A stretch of DNA of 63,987 nt, counting the filler, from an uncultured bacterium (GTDB lineage Bacteria > Hinthialibacterota > Hinthialibacteria > Hinthialibacterales > Hinthialibacteraceae), in NCBI GenBank assembly GCA_964449065.1. It is 9 parts of 9 records of this genome, joined end to end, with 100 filler letters (N's around TTAATTAATTAA, not from the genome) between each part and the next. Parts side by side here need not be neighbours in the genome. Positions count along the whole stretch, not along the records: positions 21,836 to 28,995 come from CAYVAZ010000269.1; positions 29,096 to 36,214 come from CAYVAZ010000270.1; positions 36,315 to 43,408 come from CAYVAZ010000271.1; 6 more parts are not named here. One strand, given 5' to 3'. Made by a program: the position numbers and the translations under genes. A model generated the notes under the pieces. That model was not told the DNA's origin. It saw only the letters and a program-made list of their open reading frames with translations, and ran no database searches. Position 1 is the first letter of the stretch. Each line of letters begins with the position of its first letter. This document shows, piece by piece, positions 27,701-36,550 of this stretch.

Positions 27701-28995
27701 CTGTCGGTTGAGATGTTCACCAGTTCAACATACTGCACCCGTGGATTAAAGAGTTCGATCCGGTCAAAGGAAGTGGCGTACGATTCGACTCCTTCACGCG
27801 GCTGATCGGCTTCAATACGGACCGTTAAGGTGCCGTTGTTGTCAATTTCCACCCGCTGGCCGGCATCATCTACATCTTCTTGATCCGGCAATGGGAACGC
27901 GGTTAAACGGTAGGGCAGCCCAAAATTCGACCCGTCCGGAAATTTTGCGGTATCGCGAAATATAATTTCCCGTTCGACCGATGTGGGAGGAAGTTGGTTT
28001 ACATCGATCACATCGTTGCCATCAAAAAATTTCGTATCCGACTTAAACGTAATTTCCTGCCCGTTGAGGATGTAGCGGACTTCCGGATTGAATTCGTGTT
28101 TCGGATGCATGTAAATCACGGCATCATACAAACCGGGAGGGAGATTTTCAAATGTCCATTCAGCAATTTCGGGGTCTTTCGCGATATCCGTCGCTATCTG
28201 TGAACCTTGCGGTCTCTTTACATTGGTGACACTAAAGATCAACGCGGGAGAAAGCGCATCCATATTCACAAACGGCATAGCCAAGTTCAGCGTGTGGCGA
28301 ACACCGTCGGGCCAATACACATAGCCACGGCGGAGTAGATCATCTGTAGAACCTTGCGCCGGTGGTGATGCAGGCCCCCAATTGGAATCATAGATTGAAA
28401 GACTGGGATGAACACCATTATCACCGTCCCCGTTGATGACTTCAAAGTTATCGCCGGCAGCAATCACCGCTCCACGTGTGTTGGAATCAAAATCGATTGA
28501 ACGGAGAGCTTCTTCGGCTTCCAAACGAATGACCGGTTTGGGCATTACTTCGTTGATGCGAATGGCTTCCACGCCTTCAAAACGGACCGGTAGTCCGGTT
28601 TCCGGCGGGTTGGGCAACAACAAGCGCATTTGTTCGGTAAATTCCTGCTGATTGGGCGAGTTTTGATTCGGCCCGGCTAAAATGCGCGGGTGAAAGCGGA
28701 ACGCACGCTGGCGGCTGGAATATAGATTGAAAGTACGAATGGTGACCGGGTCGGCAATCACCGGGTCTCGATTGTTAACTCCAAGCACATCACGAACATC
28801 CTCATCTTGGGCGGCTTTGAAAGGCCCCCAAGAATCAATGAAATCCACCAAATTCAATGCCAGTTGAAATTCGGCGGGGTCTTCATCCATTCTGCCGTCT
28901 TCGTCGTCATCAAACGCGGCAATGTAGCGTTCGCCCACTTCATCCACCGCGCCGTCGCCGTCGTTATCCACACCATCCAGTTCCGGCGTATACAT
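24775..28995 (-). CDS. Giant GspK/PilX-like protein (5' truncated) with lamin-tail-like and Ca-binding motifs
   Basis: DGVDNDGDGAVDE, IRINEVM, YVELVN..VDLSGW, INVNTAP.ELL.ALP, C-terminal MTVRSRAFGITSRGR. Confidence 0.7.
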   Translation of the reverse strand: MYTPELDGVDNDGDGAVDEVGERYIAAFDDDEDGRMDEDPAEFQLALNLVDFIDSWGPFKAAQDEDVRDVLGVNNRDPVIADPVTIRTFNLYSSRQRAFRFHPRILAGPNQNSPNQQEFTEQMRLLLPNPPETGLPVRFEGVEAIRINEVMPKPVIRLEAEEALRSIDFDSNTRGAVIAAGDNFEVINGDGDNGVHPSLSIYDSNWGPASPPAQGSTDDLLRRGYVYWPDGVRHTLNLAMPFVNMDALSPALIFSVTNVKRPQGSQIATDIAKDPEIAEWTFENLPPGLYDAVIYMHPKHEFNPEVRYILNGQEITFKSDTKFFDGNDVIDVNQLPPTSVEREIIFRDTAKFPDGSNFGLPYRLTAFPLPDQEDVDDAGQRVEIDNNGTLTVRIEADQPREGVESYATSFDRIELFNPRVQYVELVNISTDSVDLSGWQVNTPYGHYILPEDTVIGRMRPMYDDDDGRDLTENEGIPGDGVPFEQLLTIDKIRNDSITSEDRLLEDNKVLLAFDKDSLIRFIQSNYPDVANLDERVVEPVRGTNELALVDASISAGRNAEALRNSQFSDVRFRLVDFQSDVLTHNPVEKQVTLYDPAGHYIDSFPYRTTFNNIIVGNVDSGAQQDLVALPGYRGFESFERADPTHFETEISVNEDDGELEGTRRVPSSIKLDAKDARIVNLAFDDGEPVLGTIGAYQDGQDLNNRGIARFRDETSAPFRDSQWNGWDFIGDWYTYPEDRTGLDMPLRQSTSLVFENWNAMAREAVAPSVNDERIRFYKMLGGFENITDFRTPALPGNPTRADIDEAERAQRAQAPVTAFVWRMGLRELIRAGYDPEVDDILTMRVLGRQLNEDGLIVDLPVGEILVNPVAQIVNPGDGRNNTAENLLHNVQVDGEDIPVFAKLRHGDTAGSIDLRNDFLSLSRDLRNANQPEPMVEVMVMMRKTTRDHSPTTPSMVQGAEAGQITVFDRPDLAPLINNATNGLFVPSEQGEILNSLLMDDNYFFDGIELFGRGRVDSEDSPEAAAKSVFLAGTPGKDNTGYVPAYPRRRFQLGNTQRDQFDTIDNTAYVKNGLLATVGEISRLHTGNKFETVNMPLIPQWLEDRTTDPNRSESNARLGIRSSGNDPEFRIRLAQRERLDQWENQYTNIYSTLTTADSVIVPGLINVNTAPRELLSALPAAPHLQDRQIDSLLNRYNFNTIVADFIIEGRQPGGRDGFFGVHEIDDDRPFSDFSGRTTNPDSMADFKIPSVGRIPRAFKDFEDDIRQILESNLNIRPENILEDQIDWGDVYSTTIVSMPDDGPYANIGDLLAQITHLKRRERFSISLSRAQDRTNDIQIDGTGDLRERLNQQLNRELTPEDMEELMNRLSNLMTVRSRAFGITSRGRILDRDGAIVARRKLETVYNR

Positions 28996-29095
28996 NNNNN
29001 NNNNNNNNNNNNNNNNNNNNNNNNNNNNNNNNNNNNNNNTTAATTAATTAANNNNNNNNNNNNNNNNNNNNNNNNNNNNNNNNNNNNNNNNNNNN

Positions 29096-29293
29096 AGAGG
29101 GACGAGGTGAGGGTTCGGGAGGAATAAACCTCTCATTACGCGACTGCGTCATGGGGAACAATCGCTCTCATCACCCTCATCTCTTATCTTCTCCCAAAGG
29201 GAGAAGACGATAGACCTTGCGTTTGATTTAGAAAATTTGGTCTTTAACAAACCCCTTTTTAGCAATATTAGATCATCAGTTGCGTAACATCAG
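29096..29293 (+). mobile_element. Family-A MITE, partial (cut by contig start)
   Basis: Colinear with about 200-396 and ends TGCGTAACATCAG. Confidence 0.8.
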
Positions 29294-29351
29294 TTAGGAC
29301 CATGTTATAATAAGATGATCACATTGAAAATGTTTCCACTCAAAGAGGATT

Positions 29352-29966
29352 ATGAATAAATACGGATTCACTCTAATCGAGTTACTGATTGTTGTCGCGA
29401 TTATCGGTATTTTAGCGGCCATCGCTGTCCCCAATTTCTTAAACGCGCAAATCCGGGCCAAAGTCGCCCGCACCAAAGGCGATCTGAAGGCGCTTTCCAC
29501 TGCGATTGATATGTACCGGTTGGATAACAATCAATATCCCCTCGGCTCACGCGGACCGGATTTAACCCAGGATTTGCGCGAATTAACCACCCCGGTTTCT
29601 TACATCAGCAATGTCAACATGCGCGATATCTTCGGCGGGGCGGATCAATTCGATTCCGCCCGCGGCGGCGGAGCGTTCGAAACCCAAACCAGCTACAAAT
29701 ACTTTGCCTTCATGCTGATTCCCGATAACCGCGGTTTCACTTGGGCAGGCCGGGCAGGTCTCAACGAATCACTAAACGGCTTCTTGTTATACAGCTTCGG
29801 CCCCGATCAAGCCCAATCCGCGCTTGAATGGTACGCCAGCGGCGCCGGCAACGACAGCGGTATGATCTACCACCCTTCCAACGGATTGATCAGCCAGGGC
29901 GATATCGGCATTACCGGCGGCATGACCAAAAACAACCGCGGCGCCGAAATTAACAACGCGCTTTAG
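29352..29966 (+). CDS. Prepilin-type N-terminal methylation protein (GspG-like)
   Basis: G|FTLIELLIVVAIIGILAAIAVPNF, YRLDNNQYP, SFGPD. Confidence 0.93.
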   Translation: MNKYGFTLIELLIVVAIIGILAAIAVPNFLNAQIRAKVARTKGDLKALSTAIDMYRLDNNQYPLGSRGPDLTQDLRELTTPVSYISNVNMRDIFGGADQFDSARGGGAFETQTSYKYFAFMLIPDNRGFTWAGRAGLNESLNGFLLYSFGPDQAQSALEWYASGAGNDSGMIYHPSNGLISQGDIGITGGMTKNNRGAEINNAL

Positions 29967-30301
29967 TTAGGTTTTTGGTATTAGGTATTGGTTTACCAAA
30001 AGATAACTGAGGTAATATTTAGAACGAATCAATAATTGGGTTATACAACAATAAAAACCTCAAAAATGATGTTGTCTGGTAAGGTTTATTAACTGTTACC
30101 AATATTAATCATTAAAAAAAAGATGCACGCTGCACTCAGCGCAACAGTAAAATGGCATGATTTTTGCTTGATAAAATCACAAGAGCAAAACTGTGTCTTT
30201 ATTTTTTTCTTTATCAAGAAGAGAATTATAATACCCAAGTGATTTAAACTTTTAAAAAGTAGTATCTATGTTATAATTTCGTTAGAAAGAGAGAGTGAGA
30301 A

Positions 30302-30748
30302 ATGACTGCCTCCGTATTTGACGTGGCTAAATACATTCTTGAAAAGTATGGTAGTACATCAACCATGAAGTTGCAAAAATTGGTGTATTATTGTCAAGCG
30401 TGGTCATTGGTTTGGGATGAAGAACCAGTTTTTCATGAAAGTATAGAGGCATGGGCAAATGGCCCTGTTGTACCTGAACTCTACAATGCGCACAAAGGCA
30501 AATTCAAGATATCCGCATCAGACATCGATGGCGATCCGGGTGAGATCAGTGAGAATCTCATTGAAACTATTAATATTGTTTTGGATCACTACGGTAAATA
30601 CAATCCTCAACAATTAAGTGATTTAACACATCAAGAACAACCATGGATTGATGCACGCGGCAACACGCCTGCATTAGAACGAGGAAACAATGAAATTTCT
30701 CTTGCCTCTATGGCTGAATACTACAGCAGCATCCCTATCACGAATTAA
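30302..30748 (+). CDS. Panacea/DUF4065 (SocA-like) antitoxin
   Basis: MKLQKLVYYCQAW, IEAWANGPV, LSDLTHQEQPW. Confidence 0.92.
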   Translation: MTASVFDVAKYILEKYGSTSTMKLQKLVYYCQAWSLVWDEEPVFHESIEAWANGPVVPELYNAHKGKFKISASDIDGDPGEISENLIETINIVLDHYGKYNPQQLSDLTHQEQPWIDARGNTPALERGNNEISLASMAEYYSSIPITN

Positions 30749-31296
30749 TGGCTAGAAAAAGCAAAAAGATATCTGTTAGTCAGAATATTTTTAATCAACC
30801 CGTAAAACAAATACGATCCAACAATATTCCCCTGAATCAAAAATACCCCAGAACTCAAGTCTTACCAATCAGCCAGAAACAAATACGTCAACTTAGGTCT
30901 CTAGGATCATCAAACAACCTTCTGATGGAATGGGATAATAATTTTGCCGATTTGGATGGTGTTTGGAGTTGGGGTATAAAAAGGGATTGGGGGGAACATA
31001 ATTGGAAAAATACACTAATGCCTTTCTTATCAGAAATGGAGAAGTTGTATTGGTGTGATATTAAGACACAAACTGCAAGTGGACATAAGAAGCATCACTC
31101 GATGGATTTAGATTCCATCGTTAAAGAAGCTCAAGAAAGGTTGGTTGAGATCAAACAAGACGATAATGATAAACTATTTCGTTTCCGTATATCGGGTACA
31201 AAACGACTATGGGGAGTCATTCACGGCCCCAGATTCTATATACTCTGGTATGATCCTACACATCAAATCTATCCTACTGAAAAACGACATACCTAA
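30748..31296 (+). CDS. Putative toxin partner of Panacea (RelE/ParE-like C-terminus)
   Basis: TAATG stop/start overlap with the DUF4065 gene; LFRFRISGTKRLWG..FYILWYDPTHQI. Confidence 0.65.
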   Translation: MARKSKKISVSQNIFNQPVKQIRSNNIPLNQKYPRTQVLPISQKQIRQLRSLGSSNNLLMEWDNNFADLDGVWSWGIKRDWGEHNWKNTLMPFLSEMEKLYWCDIKTQTASGHKKHHSMDLDSIVKEAQERLVEIKQDDNDKLFRFRISGTKRLWGVIHGPRFYILWYDPTHQIYPTEKRHT

Positions 31297-31451
31297 ATCG
31301 CATTAAGACACCAATACCATGCTGTGTTGAACTAGTCAATCCAAAATATCCTTCTATAATATTTCTTTTTATAACCATGTACTGTTACTGTTATGTTAAT
31401 CTCTAATTTGCTGCTTTTTAATGCTGATTACCGTATCAAAGGATAACCACT

Positions 31452-32285
31452 ATGGCTTTTGAGCTAACTCAAAATTTAGAAGAACTGCGCCACCGTGCCA
31501 AAGACATTCGCGTTCAGTGCATCAAAATGCTGAAACAGGCCGGTTCCGGCCACCCGGGCGGCTCCCTTTCCGCGGCGGATATCGTCTCCGCTCTGATGTT
31601 CGGCGTCATGAACCACGACCCCAAACAACCCAAATGGGATGGCAGAGACCGCTTTGTCATGTCCAAAGGACACTGCGTCCCGGCATGGTACTCCGCGTTG
31701 GCCATCGCCGGCTACTTCCCCCCGGAAGAACTCATGACGCTGCGCTCTTACGGCTCACGCTACCAAGGCCATCCGGATTGCAATATGATGGAAGAAATCG
31801 AAACCGCGTCCGGCTCGCTGGGGCAAGGCTTGTCTGTCGCTCTCGGCATGGCTTTGGCCGCCAAGATCGATCAAAAACCGCACCGCGTCTATTGCATGAT
31901 CGGCGACGGCGAAAGCCAGGAAGGCCAAATTTGGGAAGCCGCGCTGGCAGCCCCCAAATTCAAACTCGATAACCTCACCGTTTTTCTGGACAACAACAAC
32001 GGTCAGATTGATGGCTATGTCGAAGATGTCATGCCGCTGGACCCCATCGACGAAAAATGGCGTGCCTTCAACTGGCATGTCATCTCTATCGACGGCCACG
32101 ATATGGAACAAATTCTCAAGGCGGTACAAGAAGCCCAAACCACCAAAGACAAACCCACACTCATCTGGGCGAAAACGCTTAAAGGCAAAGGCGTATCGTT
32201 TATGGAAAACAACATCGGCTGGCACGGCAAAGCGCCCAACGCCGAAGAAGCCGAAAAAGCACTGACAGAACTGGAAGCGGTGTGA
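31452..32285 (+). CDS. tkt: Transketolase N-terminal subunit
   Basis: SGHPGGSLS, DRFVMSKGH, GSLGQGLS, GDGESQEG TPP motif. Confidence 0.97.
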   Translation: MAFELTQNLEELRHRAKDIRVQCIKMLKQAGSGHPGGSLSAADIVSALMFGVMNHDPKQPKWDGRDRFVMSKGHCVPAWYSALAIAGYFPPEELMTLRSYGSRYQGHPDCNMMEEIETASGSLGQGLSVALGMALAAKIDQKPHRVYCMIGDGESQEGQIWEAALAAPKFKLDNLTVFLDNNNGQIDGYVEDVMPLDPIDEKWRAFNWHVISIDGHDMEQILKAVQEAQTTKDKPTLIWAKTLKGKGVSFMENNIGWHGKAPNAEEAEKALTELEAV

Positions 32286-32288
32286 TAA

Positions 32289-32564
32289 CTGATGTTACGC
32301 ATTCATTACGATATGCACAGTATTTGAATCATTCGCTTCATCTATCGCCCTCGCCCACTGGGAGAGGGTTGGGGTGAGGGTTTAAGGAGTCAAAAACCTA
32401 TCATTACATTATGGTGTCACAGGGGGCTGATGCTCTATTCGCCCTCATCTCTTATCTTCTCCCAAAGGGAGAAGACGATAGACATTGCGTCTGGCTGTGA
32501 ACATATAGACTTAAACAAAAACCTTTTTTTACACCGTAGTCAATCATGTTTTGTATAGCATCAG
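32289..32564. mobile_element. Full-length 276-bp family-A MITE between the transketolase subunits
   Basis: CTGATGTTACGCA ... TGTATAGCATCAG; the interior is colinear with 124-396. Confidence 0.85.
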
Positions 32565-32600
32565 TTAATAACCAGAAACCAATCAATAAGGATAAAGATC

Positions 32601-33548
32601 ATGGCAAAAGCATCACGGTTAGCATTTGGAGAAGCCCTCGCCGATTTAGGCGGAAAAAATAAAGACATCGTCGTGTTGGATGCCGACCTCAGCAAATCCA
32701 CCATGAGCGGTCTGTTCGCGGAAAAATTCCCCGACCGCTTTTTTGAACTCGGCATTCAAGAAGCCAACATGCTCGGCATGGGCGCGGGCTTGTCCTTGGA
32801 GGGCAAGATTCCATTCGTTTGCAGCTTTGCCTGCTTTGTCTCCGGCCGCTTTGATACCATCCGCATTTCCATCGGATACAACCGCGCCAACGTAAAGATC
32901 ATCGGCACCCACGCCGGCATCGGCATCGGCGAAGACGGCCACAGCCAAATGGGGCTGGAAGACTTAGCCCTCATGCGCAGCATCCCCGAAATGGTCGTCA
33001 TTCAACCCGCCGATGAAACCGAAACCAAACAAGCCGTCGAATTCGCCGCCGAACACAAAGGACCGGTCTATTTGCGCCTCACCCGCCAAAAGTTGGATGA
33101 TGTCCATGACGGAAGTTACAAATTCCAAGTCGGTAAAGCCGTCCAATTGGCTGACGGCACAGACATGACCATCTTTGCCACCGGCGGCACCGTTGAACAC
33201 GCACTCAAAGCCAAAGGCCTTCTGCAAACCGATGGCATCAATGCCCGCATTGTCAACATCGCCTGCATCAAACCCATTGATATTGACCTGATCAAAACCT
33301 GCGCCCGCGAAACCGGATGCCTCTTTACGGTGGAAGACCACACCATCATGGGCGGGATGGGGTCCGCCGTGGCGGAAGCCGTTGCCGAACATTGCCCGGT
33401 TCCCCTAAAACGCTGGGGGATCATGGACACCTTTGGCCAATCCGGCAAAGCGGAAGATTTGTATAAAGCCTATCAAATCGACGCGGAAGGCATTGCCGCA
33501 AGTGCAAAAGAATTCCACACCAACAAACCCGCACTCGCTGCAACATAA
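32601..33548 (+). CDS. tkt: Transketolase C-terminal subunit
   Basis: DADLSKST, GIQEANM, GEDGHSQM, GPVYLRL, VEDH. Confidence 0.97.
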   Translation: MAKASRLAFGEALADLGGKNKDIVVLDADLSKSTMSGLFAEKFPDRFFELGIQEANMLGMGAGLSLEGKIPFVCSFACFVSGRFDTIRISIGYNRANVKIIGTHAGIGIGEDGHSQMGLEDLALMRSIPEMVVIQPADETETKQAVEFAAEHKGPVYLRLTRQKLDDVHDGSYKFQVGKAVQLADGTDMTIFATGGTVEHALKAKGLLQTDGINARIVNIACIKPIDIDLIKTCARETGCLFTVEDHTIMGGMGSAVAEAVAEHCPVPLKRWGIMDTFGQSGKAEDLYKAYQIDAEGIAASAKEFHTNKPALAAT

Positions 33549-33558
33549 AGTGGTCGCC

Positions 33559-34045
33559 AAAAGTATGTTCGTTATCAGGGTGGGCTCAAGGCGAAGCGTA
33601 GCCCACCAATCGTACCAATAACGATTCTTAGGCTGATTGTAGTGCAGGCGTCCCGCCTGCTACTATATTTTTCCCAGCAATTCAAAATGCAAATGGTATT
33701 ATACCGTTTCCAATTTGGATTGTTCACTAAAATCAAAACGGCTTAACAGATTGCTTCGTTTGATTGCCAAGGAAAATACTTCTTTAACAGGTTGAATCTT
33801 TATGGTTTATGGTTCTCTTCGCACCCCCTCTGTCCTCCTTGCGTCGGACATCTCCCCCAAATGCTTTGGGGGAGACAAAGGCTTTTGCAGGCAAGATGCC
33901 TACACTATTATGAATACTATTTTCCGTTCCGTTATTCATAGTGAACTTTTCTATTTGAAAATGGTATTACACCTCTGCCATAGGCTTTGCTGAATTCAAA
34001 GACACTGCTTCTTATACATCCCCATTATAAAGGGGGATTGAGGGG
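33559..34045. repeat. Intergenic mosaic of REP-like hairpins and a TIR family-D element (33700-33969)
   Basis: GGTGGGCT..AGCCCACC (33579-33607); GTAGTGCAGGCGTCCCGCCTGC (33639-33660) with an inverted partner (33887-33907); TATACCGTTTCCAATTTGGATTGTTCACTA / TAGTGAACTTTTCTATTTGAAAATGGTATTA; TCTCCCCCAAA..TTTGGGGGAGA. Confidence 0.7.
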
Positions 34046-34088
34046 AACCGAAGGAACTGTTTTTATCTGCATGGGTTCAATCGAGTTT

Positions 34089-34874
34089 TTATCTCGCCCG
34101 TTGTGGTGAAGGAATCCCTTTTTTCTTTTTCCCAGCCTTAGGCTGTCCGGCTGATTTCCCTTTCGCGCCGCACACTTGGCATACCCACACATTATCATTC
34201 TGCAAAAACATATAGCATCCGTAGATAATTATTGGTAACCCAACAATAAACGCGATAAAACTAAGAAATATTATGGTAAGAAATAAACCAAATAAGATCA
34301 ATCCCGCACTGATAAATAGTGGGTATCTGGGGATCATTTCTCCCTCCACGATTCCACCGCAAGACGCGCATGGAGGCAGATTGCTTTGCGGTTTTACGAT
34401 CTCTGGCGCCTTGGTCTGAGCATCATCCAATTTCGGCATGGCAACGGTAGTTTTTTCCACAGGCGCGGGTCCGACTTGAGGCATTTCCGCAGGACCGAAT
34501 TCTTCTTCCTCTTCAACCGCTTCTTCTTGCATCATTGCCGCATCTTCATCCTCATCCGGTTCTTTCCCCAAAATATTGTTTGAATTAAAAATTCGAAGAA
34601 ATCGCTCGTCATTACGCAGGTTGTCATACTCGCTATCTTCTTTTGCCCAGGTTAAACACTGTGGATTCAGTTTGGAAGCACGGTCGAGATAGATAAACGC
34701 GTCTTCTTCTTCACCCAACACCGCCTGGCAGCTGGCTAAGTTATAAAGCGCTTCGGGATAGTCTGGCTCCTCAAATATGGCTTTCTTAAACAAATCGGCA
34801 GCCTTTTCGTGCTCATTGCGGTGAAAAAACGCCAGACCCCGGTCAAAATACTTTTTTGCGGCTTCGCTCGGCAT
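34089..34874 (-). CDS. TPR protein with acidic linker and CxxC-TM-TM-CxxC (LITAF-like) C-terminal module
   Basis: TPR (EALYNLASC..AKEDSEYDNLR), CASC, hydrophobic hairpin, CQVC. Start placed at ATG 34874. Confidence 0.75.
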   Translation of the reverse strand: MPSEAAKKYFDRGLAFFHRNEHEKAADLFKKAIFEEPDYPEALYNLASCQAVLGEEEDAFIYLDRASKLNPQCLTWAKEDSEYDNLRNDERFLRIFNSNNILGKEPDEDEDAAMMQEEAVEEEEEFGPAEMPQVGPAPVEKTTVAMPKLDDAQTKAPEIVKPQSNLPPCASCGGIVEGEMIPRYPLFISAGLILFGLFLTIIFLSFIAFIVGLPIIIYGCYMFLQNDNVWVCQVCGAKGKSAGQPKAGKKKKGIPSPQRAR

Positions 34875-35063
34875 TCTGTAAACACTCCAAAACGAAAAGG
34901 TATAATCCCTACGAACAAAATACAAAAACATTTATGTATAATGTAAACCCATTTTTTAAAAGCAACAATATTTTACGGCGTTTAAATTTTTCTTTTTACG
35001 ATTATATTGCTGGTATAGTCGGCTGACTGGATTACTACCACTTCATTCAATAGGACAGTTCTC

Positions 35064-36074
35064 TTGTATTCTATAAAAACCAAAACGTTACAACTGAAGC
35101 ATGATTTCGGTATTTCACGCGGCGTAAGAAAAGAAGTCCACAACCTTTTTATCCAGTGGGATGATGGCTACGGCGAAGGCGCCCCCGTCTATTATCACGG
35201 CCAAACCGTAGAAGACATGCAGCTAATAGCCGCACTGGCCATGCCGGAACTTCTGAACAAAAAACGGGCGCACAGCATTGTAATCGAATGGCTTATTGAG
35301 CAATATCCACAGCTCTCCGGTATGATTCAGGCAATCGACCTGGCTTTATATGATCTCCATGCTAAGCAATGCCAAATGCCCTTATACCAATACCTGCAAC
35401 TCCCCAAACCCGAATACATTCAATCCTCATTCACCATCGGACTGGACCGAAAAGATATCATGCTTCAAAAGTTAAAAGAAGCTGGTGATTTCCCCATTCT
35501 CAAAATCAAAGTCGGCTCGCAAGATGATATCGAAATTTTGAAAGCCCTTTGGAACGAGTCCCATAAACCGGTTTACATCGACGCCAACGAAGGTTGGACA
35601 TTCGATCAAGCAGTTCAATACCTTCCCCAATTACAAGCCCTTGGCGTACAACTGGTTGAACAACCGTTCCCAAGTGGTGATCTTGAATCCTACAAAAAGT
35701 TGCGGGAAACAAATCCAACATCTCTCCCCATCATCATAGATGAAGGCGTGCAAAGCCCTGGTGATGTCGCGCAATGGGCTGAAATCGCTGATGGCGTCAA
35801 CGTAAAACTGGCAAAATGCGGCGGGATTTACCGCGCTCTGCAAGTTATTGAAGAGGCTAGAAAACACCGCCTGCAAGTCATGCTGGGCTGCATGATCGAA
35901 TCCTCATTAGGCGTATCAGCAGCCGCGCATATTTCATCGCTTGTAGATTATGTTGATTTAGACGGAGCGGTACTGCTCGCGAATGACCCCTTCGACGGGA
36001 TGAAACTGAACAAAGGAATCATCGAACTCCCCGACCGCCCGGGCATCGGCGCAATCCCAATACCTCAAGAATAG
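35064..36074 (+). CDS. Dipeptide (L-Ala-D/L-Glu) epimerase, enolase superfamily
   Basis: KIK motif, DANEGW, EQP, DE, KLAKCGG, MLGCMIES, DLD. Confidence 0.92.
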   Translation: MYSIKTKTLQLKHDFGISRGVRKEVHNLFIQWDDGYGEGAPVYYHGQTVEDMQLIAALAMPELLNKKRAHSIVIEWLIEQYPQLSGMIQAIDLALYDLHAKQCQMPLYQYLQLPKPEYIQSSFTIGLDRKDIMLQKLKEAGDFPILKIKVGSQDDIEILKALWNESHKPVYIDANEGWTFDQAVQYLPQLQALGVQLVEQPFPSGDLESYKKLRETNPTSLPIIIDEGVQSPGDVAQWAEIADGVNVKLAKCGGIYRALQVIEEARKHRLQVMLGCMIESSLGVSAAAHISSLVDYVDLDGAVLLANDPFDGMKLNKGIIELPDRPGIGAIPIPQE

Positions 36075-36161
36075 AGGGGTGCTAGTATGTTTTTGTTGGG
36101 GAGCGTCCGCTTCCAGCCGGTTTGTCTATCACTTAACATCGATCTAAACGTATTTTAGGAA

Positions 36162-36214
36162 CTGATGTTACGCAATCAATGATTGACTATTGCTTGAAAA
36201 TGGTTTTTTTATAA
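36162..36214 (-). mobile_element. Family-A MITE end at contig boundary (similar ends at 43509-43560, 50488-50595, 57718-57730, 58432-58480)
   Basis: CTGATGTTACGCA TIR or its variants. Confidence 0.7.
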
Positions 36215-36314
36215 NNNNNNNNNNNNNNNNNNNNNNNNNNNNNNNNNNNNNNNNNNNNTTAATTAATTAANNNNNNNNNNNNNNNNNNNNNNNNNNNNNN
36301 NNNNNNNNNNNNNN

Positions 36315-36544
36315 TGTATTTCAAGGGCATGGTTAATTATTTCCTGCGTGGTGCGCCCCATGGATTGAAAGGCAATGGGACCGGCAAAAACCGCCCTTAT
36401 TTCTTCCAACACCTGCGCATACGATTTGCCGCTTTGTGCAATTTTATTGGGGTTGGTGGCTATGCCGTCAACCAGTCCGGTACTAACCGCTTCTTTAATC
36501 TGCCCTAAATCGGCAGTGTCTAAAAAAATTCTGAATGTGCTCAT
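36315..36544 (-). CDS. Transaldolase/fructose-6-phosphate aldolase family (3' truncated)
   Basis: IFLDTADL..G.VDGIATNP. Confidence 0.88.
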
Positions 36545-36550
36545 AACTAT

